A stretch of 61,850 nt of DNA from positions 1 through 61,850 of the forward strand of contig DASQAL010000133.1 of NCBI GenBank assembly GCA_035635775.1, read 5' to 3'. Each line of letters opens with the position of its first letter. Position 1 is the first letter of the stretch. The translations under genes and the position numbers were made by a program. Under the pieces are notes generated by a model. The model did not search any database. It saw nothing but the letters and a program-made list of their open reading frames with translations, and was not told where the DNA came from. The DNA is from Candidatus Acidiferrum sp. Its GTDB lineage: Bacteria; Methylomirabilota; Methylomirabilia; Rokubacteriales; CSP1-6. Shown here one piece after another: positions 52,549 to 61,850 of the stretch.

Positions 52549-54082
52549 GCCGGGCGGGAGCCGGGGCGACACCGCCGCTCGCGTCCTCGTCTTAGCATCC
52601 GCCGGCGTCCTGGGCGCGCTCGCCTTCCCCAAGACGAGCTGGGCGCCGCTGGCGTGGATCTGGCTCGTCCCCGCGCTGGTCTCGGGCGCGACGCGCCCGC
52701 GCCGCGCCGCCCTGCGGGACGGCTGGCTGGCCGGTACCGTCTTCTACGTGGTGCTCCTACGCTGGCTCGACCACACCTTCCTCCACTACAGCGCGATCCC
52801 CTGGCCACTGACCTGGCTGCCCATCGTCGCGCTGGCCGCGTATTGCGGCCTCTACCTGGGCGTGGTCGCGTGCGCGGTGGCCTGGCTCCGGGGCCGGCTC
52901 GGCCCGGGCCCGGCCCTGGCGCTCGCGCCTCCGCTCTGGGTGGTGGGGGAGTGGCTGCGCGGCTGGCTCATGGGCGGCTTCCCCTGGGGTCTGCTCGGCT
53001 ACTCGCAGCACGCCCAGCTTCCAGTGATCCAGATCGCCGAGCTGGGGGGCGTCTACGCGGTGTCTTTCCTGATCGTGGCGGTGAACGCGGCGCTCGCCGG
53101 GCTGCTCGCGCTCGGCCCGCGGCGGGCCTGGCCGGGCGCGGCGGCGGCGATGGTCCTGCTCGTGGCCGGGCTCGCGTTCGGCCTCCACGCCATCGCGCGG
53201 GCGAGCGCGGACAGCGCCGGCTCGGTGGAGGTCGCGGTGATCCAGCCGTCGATCGAGCAGACGATCAAGTGGGATCCGGCGCGCCACGCGCAGATCCTCG
53301 ACATCTACGAGCAGCTCACCCGCGCGGCCGCGGGCGCCCGGCCCGCCGTCGTGCTCTGGCCGGAGACCGCGACGACCATCTTCCTGCGCGGCGATCCGGT
53401 GCTGCTCGAACGTCTCAGCCGGCTGTCCGAGGAGGTCGGGACGCCGATCCTGGTGGGCTCGATCGACCGCCGGGACCGGCCCCTCGGCCAGTTCCTGAAC
53501 AGCGCATTTCTGCTGACCGGACAAGGGATTACGGCCAAGTATGATAAGATTCACCTGGTTCCGTTCGGGGAGTACGTCCCGCTCGCGGGTCTGCTCGGCT
53601 GGGTCAAGGGCTGGGCGGAGTTCATCTCGGAATTCGGCACCGGTGACACCGAGACCGTCTTTCCGCTGCCGGGCGCGCCCTTCGGAACCGTGATCTGCTA
53701 CGAGGTCATCTTCCCCGAGCTGTTCCGGGGATTCGTGGTCCGCGGAGCGGCGTTCATGGCCAATATCACCAACGACGCGTGGTTCGGGGAGACGAGCGGC
53801 CCCTGGCAGCACCTGGGGATGCTACCGCTCCGCGCCGTCGAGCACCGCGTGGCCATCGCGCGCGCCGCCAATACCGGCGTCTCGGCCTTCGTGGAGCCCA
53901 CCGGGCGGATCGGCCCGATGCTGCCGCTGCTCGAGCGCGGCGTCCTCCACCGCCGTATCCCGCTGCGCGATCGCACCACGCTCTACACGCGACTCGGCGA
54001 CTGGCTCGTCTATACCTGCGCCGGGCTGGGGGCGGCGGGAGTCGCCCTCGCCCTCTTCCGGAGGTCACCCGCGTCATGCTAG
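52538..54082 (+). CDS. lnt: Apolipoprotein N-acyltransferase
   Basis: Multiple TM helices; GFPWGLLGYSQ, WPE, YDKIHLVPFGEYVP, ICYE, TNDAWFG, ANTGVSA. Confidence 0.95.
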   Translation: MGAEPGGSRGDTAARVLVLASAGVLGALAFPKTSWAPLAWIWLVPALVSGATRPRRAALRDGWLAGTVFYVVLLRWLDHTFLHYSAIPWPLTWLPIVALAAYCGLYLGVVACAVAWLRGRLGPGPALALAPPLWVVGEWLRGWLMGGFPWGLLGYSQHAQLPVIQIAELGGVYAVSFLIVAVNAALAGLLALGPRRAWPGAAAAMVLLVAGLAFGLHAIARASADSAGSVEVAVIQPSIEQTIKWDPARHAQILDIYEQLTRAAAGARPAVVLWPETATTIFLRGDPVLLERLSRLSEEVGTPILVGSIDRRDRPLGQFLNSAFLLTGQGITAKYDKIHLVPFGEYVPLAGLLGWVKGWAEFISEFGTGDTETVFPLPGAPFGTVICYEVIFPELFRGFVVRGAAFMANITNDAWFGETSGPWQHLGMLPLRAVEHRVAIARAANTGVSAFVEPTGRIGPMLPLLERGVLHRRIPLRDRTTLYTRLGDWLVYTCAGLGAAGVALALFRRSPASC

Positions 54083-55183
54083 GGGAGCTCAAGCGTGACG
54101 TGGCCGAGCTGGACAAGCGGCTCGACGACCTCCGAGGGCATCTTTGACCTCCCCGCCAAGGAGACCCGCCTCGGCCTGATCGACGCCGAGATGTCCTCGC
54201 CCAGCTTCTGGGAGGACACCCGCAAGGCGCAGGCCCTCGTGCAAGAGCGCGCCGAGATGGCGCGCACCGTCACGACCTTCAAGGACCTGGCCGGCCGCGC
54301 GGAGGAGACGCGCCTGCTCTGGGAGATGGCCACCGAGGCCGGCGACGAGAGCGTCACCGCGGAGATCCAGGAAAGTCTCAAGCAGCTCGAGGCCGAGGTG
54401 GAAGCCTTCGAGCTGAAGATCATCCTCTCGCGGCCTCAGGACAAGAAGAACGCCATCCTGTCCATTCACCCGGGGGCGGGCGGGACCGAGTCGCAGGACT
54501 GGGCCCAGATGCTCATGCGCATGTACCTGCGCTGGGCGGAGCGCGCCGGCTTCAAGGCCGAGGTCGTGGACCTGCTCGCGGGCGAGGAGGCGGGCATCAA
54601 GTCGGCCACCATCGAGATGAGCGGGGAGTACGCCTACGGGCACCTGAAGGGCGAGACGGGCGTGCACCGCCTGATCCGCATCTCGCCCTTCGACGCCTCC
54701 CGGCGCCGGCACACCTCCTTCGCCTCGGTGGCGGTCATCCCGGAGGTCGAGGACGTCGAGGTGGTCGTCCGCGACGAGGATCTCCGGGTCGACGTCTACC
54801 GGTCCTCGGGGCCGGGCGGCCAGGGGGTGAACACGGCGGACTCCGCGGTGCGCATCACTCATCTGCCGAGCGGTCTCGTGGTGGCCTGCCAGAACGAGCG
54901 CTCCCAGCTCCGCAACCGCGACACCGCCATGCGCATCCTCAAGTCGCGCCTCTTCCAGATCTACGAGCAGAAGCAGAAGCAGGAGCTGGCCGACCTGACC
55001 GGGGAGAAGAAGGACATCGCCTTCGGCAGCCAGATCCGCACCTATACCTTCGCGCCCTACCAGATCATCAAGGACCACCGGACCGGGATCGAGGTGGGCA
55101 ACGTGGAGGCGGTGATGGACGGCGGGCTCGACCCCTTCATCCGCGCCTACCTGACCATGGCCCGGCCCGCGCCCTCGGCGTGA
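54076..55183 (+). CDS. prfB: Peptide chain release factor 2 with programmed +1 frameshift
   Basis: 23 codons MLGELKRDVAELDKRLDDLRGHL, then CTT-TGA-C; +1 frame continues DLPAKE..., GAGGTESQDW, SPF motif, GPGGQGVN, FGSQIR. Confidence 0.95.
54135..54148 (+). promoter_or_regulatory. prfB +1 frameshift site
   Basis: Internal SD-like AGGG followed by CAT-CTT-TGA-C, the conserved RF2 autoregulatory signal. Confidence 0.92.
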
Positions 55184-55193
55184 TCGCGCACGC

Positions 55194-56758
<1,565 letters not shown>

Positions 56759-56759
<1 letters not shown>

Positions 56760-57997
56760 TGCTCCGGCGCATGCCCTTCGAGGTGTTCCTCGGGCTCCGC
56801 TACCTGCGGGCGCGCGGCCACCGGACCAACCTGTCGCTCTTCGTCTGGATCGGCATCGGGGGCGTCTTCCTCGGGGTGAGCGCGCTCATCGTGGTGCTCG
56901 CGGTGATGACCGGCTTCCAGGACGGCATCCGGGACAAGATCATCTCGGCCAACCCGCACGTGCTGATCATGGAAGCGGGCGGGCGCGGAGTGGCCGACGG
57001 GGGCGCCCTCGCCGAGCGGGTGGCCCCGGTCCCCGGCGTCGTCTCCGCCACGCCCTTCGTGCTCCAGCAGGCGCTGTTCACGTCGCCGAATGGAGGCGCC
57101 ACCGGCGGGCTCCTGCGCGGGGTCGACCTCGCCACCCCGGCGGTGCGCGACGCGATCGCCTCACAGGTCCGCTTCGGCAGCATCGAGCCCGTGCTCAAGG
57201 GGTCGGAGCCCGCCCTCCTCCTGGGCCGCGAGCTGGCGCGGAGCCTCGGGGTCGCGCCGGGCGACCACGTCACGGTGATCTCCCCGCAGGGGGCCATGAC
57301 CGCGGTAGGGCTCGTGCCCAAGATGCGGCGCTTCCTGGTGGCCGGCTGGGTCGAGGTCGGCATGTACGAGTACGACGCCTCGCTCGCCTACACGTCATTG
57401 GCCTCGGCCCAGGAGTTCGCCGGCCTGGGGGACCGCGTGACGGGCGTGGAGGTGAAGCTCGCCAATCCCTTCGACGCCAAGGACGTGGGGCGGACCATCG
57501 CGGCCCGCCTCAAGGGCGCCTACTGGATCCGCGACTGGATGGACATGAACCGCAACCTCTTCGCGGCGCTCCAGCTCGAGAAGCTGGCGCTGTTCGTCAT
57601 CGTCACCATCATCGTGCTGGTGGCGGCCTTCGCCATCATCGGCCACCTGGTCCTGCTGGTGGCCGAGAAGCGGAAGGAGATCGGGATCCTCAAGGCGATG
57701 GGGGCCGGGGCGGGGAGCATCGGGGCCGTGTTCCTGGTGGCCGGGATGCTGATCGGGGTGGGGGGCACCGTGGCGGGCAGCGCCTTCGGGCTGCTGCTGA
57801 TCTGGGTGCAGAACACCTACAAGATCATCCGGCTGGCCGGCGATGTGTACCAGATCAGCCACCTGCCGATGAAGCTGACCGGCTCGGATTTTATGATGAT
57901 TGTCGGCTCTACTCTCGTCATCTCCTTCCTCGCGACCCTGTCGCCGGCCCGCCGGGCCGCGCGCATGGATCCGATCGAAGTGCTCCGCTATGAGTGA
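56759..57997 (+). CDS. Lipoprotein-releasing ABC permease, LolC/E family
   Basis: [66 protein letters not shown]. Confidence 0.9.
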
Positions 57998-58673
57998 GCC
58001 GCTGGTCGTCGCGGAGGAGCTGGAGCGCGAGTACCGCATGGGCCCGGAGCCGGTCCGGGTCTTGCGCGGGGTGAGCCTGACCGTCAACGCGGGCGAGAGC
58101 GTCGCCATCATCGGCGCCTCCGGGGTGGGCAAGTCCACCCTGCTCCACCTGCTGGGCACCCTCGACCGGCCGACCAGCGGGCGCGTCCTCTTCGACGGCG
58201 AGGACGTGTGTACTCGTACGGACGCCGCCCTGGCGCGGCTGCGCCGCACCGAGGTGGGCTTCATCTTCCAGTTCTACAACCTGCTCGGCGAGATGACCGC
58301 GCTGGAGAACGCCATGCTGCCGGCCCTGCTGCAGCGGGCCAGCGTGCCGGAAGCCCGCGAGCGGGCCGCGGCGGCGCTGCACGAGGTCGGGCTCGGCGAT
58401 CGGCGGGGGCACCGGCCCGGGGAGCTGTCGGGGGGCGAGCAGCAGCGCGTGGCGATCGCCCGCGCGCTCGTCGGCCGCCCACGGCTGATCCTGGCCGACG
58501 AGCCTACCGGCAACCTGGATCCGAAGACGAGCGAGGTCATCTGGGATCTGTTCCTCCGGCTCCAGGCGGAGCGCCACCTGGCGTTCGTGATCGCCACGCA
58601 CAATCACGAGCTGGCTCGGAAGGCGGACCGGGGCTACCGGCTGGTGGACGGGCGGGCGGTGCCCTGGCCGTGA
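57990..58673 (+). CDS. lolD: Lipoprotein-releasing ABC ATPase LolD
   Basis: [49 protein letters not shown]. Confidence 0.88.
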   Translation: MSEPLVVAEELEREYRMGPEPVRVLRGVSLTVNAGESVAIIGASGVGKSTLLHLLGTLDRPTSGRVLFDGEDVCTRTDAALARLRRTEVGFIFQFYNLLGEMTALENAMLPALLQRASVPEARERAAAALHEVGLGDRRGHRPGELSGGEQQRVAIARALVGRPRLILADEPTGNLDPKTSEVIWDLFLRLQAERHLAFVIATHNHELARKADRGYRLVDGRAVPWP

Positions 58674-58752
58674 GCCCACGAGTTTCAAGGGGTTACGGGG
58701 AGATGAGAGAAGGCGTCACAAGAAAGGGCTAGGCCTGCGGCGCCGGAAGGCA

Positions 58753-58758
58753 TATACT
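58753..58758 (+). promoter_or_regulatory. -10 element upstream of clpC
   Basis: TATACT about 90 nt upstream of the GTG; no clear -35. Confidence 0.4.
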
Positions 58759-58844
58759 CATCGCAGGTTTAGGGAGCATCGGGGTGAAGTAAGGGCCCCC
58801 GGCGAGCCGTAACCCGAATTCAGAAAGGCGCGAGGTCACCCACA

Positions 58845-61292
<2,448 letters not shown>

Positions 61293-61319
61293 ACCCACGC
61301 GAACGAACCCACGCCCTTC

Positions 61320-61850
61320 ATGACCGCTCGGGGGAGATGCGCTCTCCTCATTTTTTTTGCACTCCTTCTAGGACCGTTCTCGGCCCTGGCGCAGGCTCCC
61401 ACCCCCACTGACCGGCAGATCCTCGTCAAGGAGATCGCGGTCCAGGGCAACCGCCGGGTGCAGGAGGCGGTGATCCTCGGCCGGGTCGGCGCCAAGATCG
61501 GCAGTCCCTTCGCCGCCAACCGCACCGCCGAGGATATCCGGGCCATCTTCAGTCTCGGCTTCTTCGACGACGTGCAGGTGAAAGTCGAGGACTTCGAAGG
61601 GGGCGTCAAGCTGACCTACATGGTGGTGGAGCGGCCGTTCGTCCGCGACATCGTCTTCGCCGGGAACAAGAAGGAGGACTCGGCCACCCTGCAGGAGAAG
61701 ATCGAGCTCAAGCTGGGAAGCGTCTACAACCCGGTGGAGGTCAACAAGGGCGCCGACAAGCTCAAGGAGTACTACGAGCAGGAAGGCTACTTCGAGGTCG
61801 GCATCACCCCCGAGATCGAGAAGCTCCCCGACGGGGACGTCACCGTGACC
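61320..61850 (+). CDS. bamA: Outer membrane protein assembly factor BamA (partial; signal peptide and first POTRA domains)
   Basis: Hand translation MTARGRCALLIFFALLLGPFSALA-QAP..., IAVQGNRRV, DIRAIFSLGFFDDVQV, VVERPFVRDIVFAGNKK, YYEQEGYF; runs off the window. Confidence 0.9.
   Translation, partial: MTARGRCALLIFFALLLGPFSALAQAPTPTDRQILVKEIAVQGNRRVQEAVILGRVGAKIGSPFAANRTAEDIRAIFSLGFFDDVQVKVEDFEGGVKLTYMVVERPFVRDIVFAGNKKEDSATLQEKIELKLGSVYNPVEVNKGADKLKEYYEQEGYFEVGITPEIEKLPDGDVTVT

Noticed and set aside
58690-58815. 9-bp inverted repeat GGGTTACGG/CCGTAACCC around the clpC promoter
   Set aside because: Arms are about 108 nt apart, match neither CIRCE nor CtsR motifs, and could be chance.
61351-61358. 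Poly-T8 in the bamA signal-peptide region as a phase-variation tract
   Set aside because: Tract is short, in frame, encodes hydrophobic I-F-F, and bamA is normally essential.

Overview
High-GC (roughly 70%) chromosomal window from a diderm bacterium (lnt, lol-type ABC, bamA, secA, smc). Gene content and style suggest Methylomirabilota/'Ca. Rokubacteria', which is an inference only. No phage, transposon, integrase or CRISPR array was found. From left to right: (1) an ECF sigma/zinc anti-sigma/DUF4139 module with two sigmaE-type promoters; (2) a UroD-like enzyme plus an orphan family-5 ABC binding protein; (3) a small Cys/His ORF; (4) an rlmN-mtaB-mtnP-adenosine kinase-larEBC operon with no larA in the window; (5) a form II coxSLM-like molybdo-hydroxylase with maturation genes, sufU/sufS, agmatinase and nfeD-stomatin; (6) tRNA-Ala(CGC), a J-domain protein, an HtrA-like protease, a 41-aa zinc-finger microprotein and HIT-phnC-phnE; (7) a secreted protein carrying 20 Arg-terminated octapeptide repeats, under a candidate sigma54/IHF promoter and divergent from an exported M16 peptidase pair plus rhomboid; (8) housekeeping genes tlyA-nadK-recN-secA-smc-rodZ-ftsY, the riboflavin operon, nusB, a metallophosphoesterase lacking a canonical start, lnt, frameshifted prfB, lysS, lol-type ABC, clpC and partial bamA. 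The best candidate for an undescribed system is the repeat polyprotein plus exported M16 peptidase locus (31250-35683). All assignments are from motif recognition by eye; no database searches were run.
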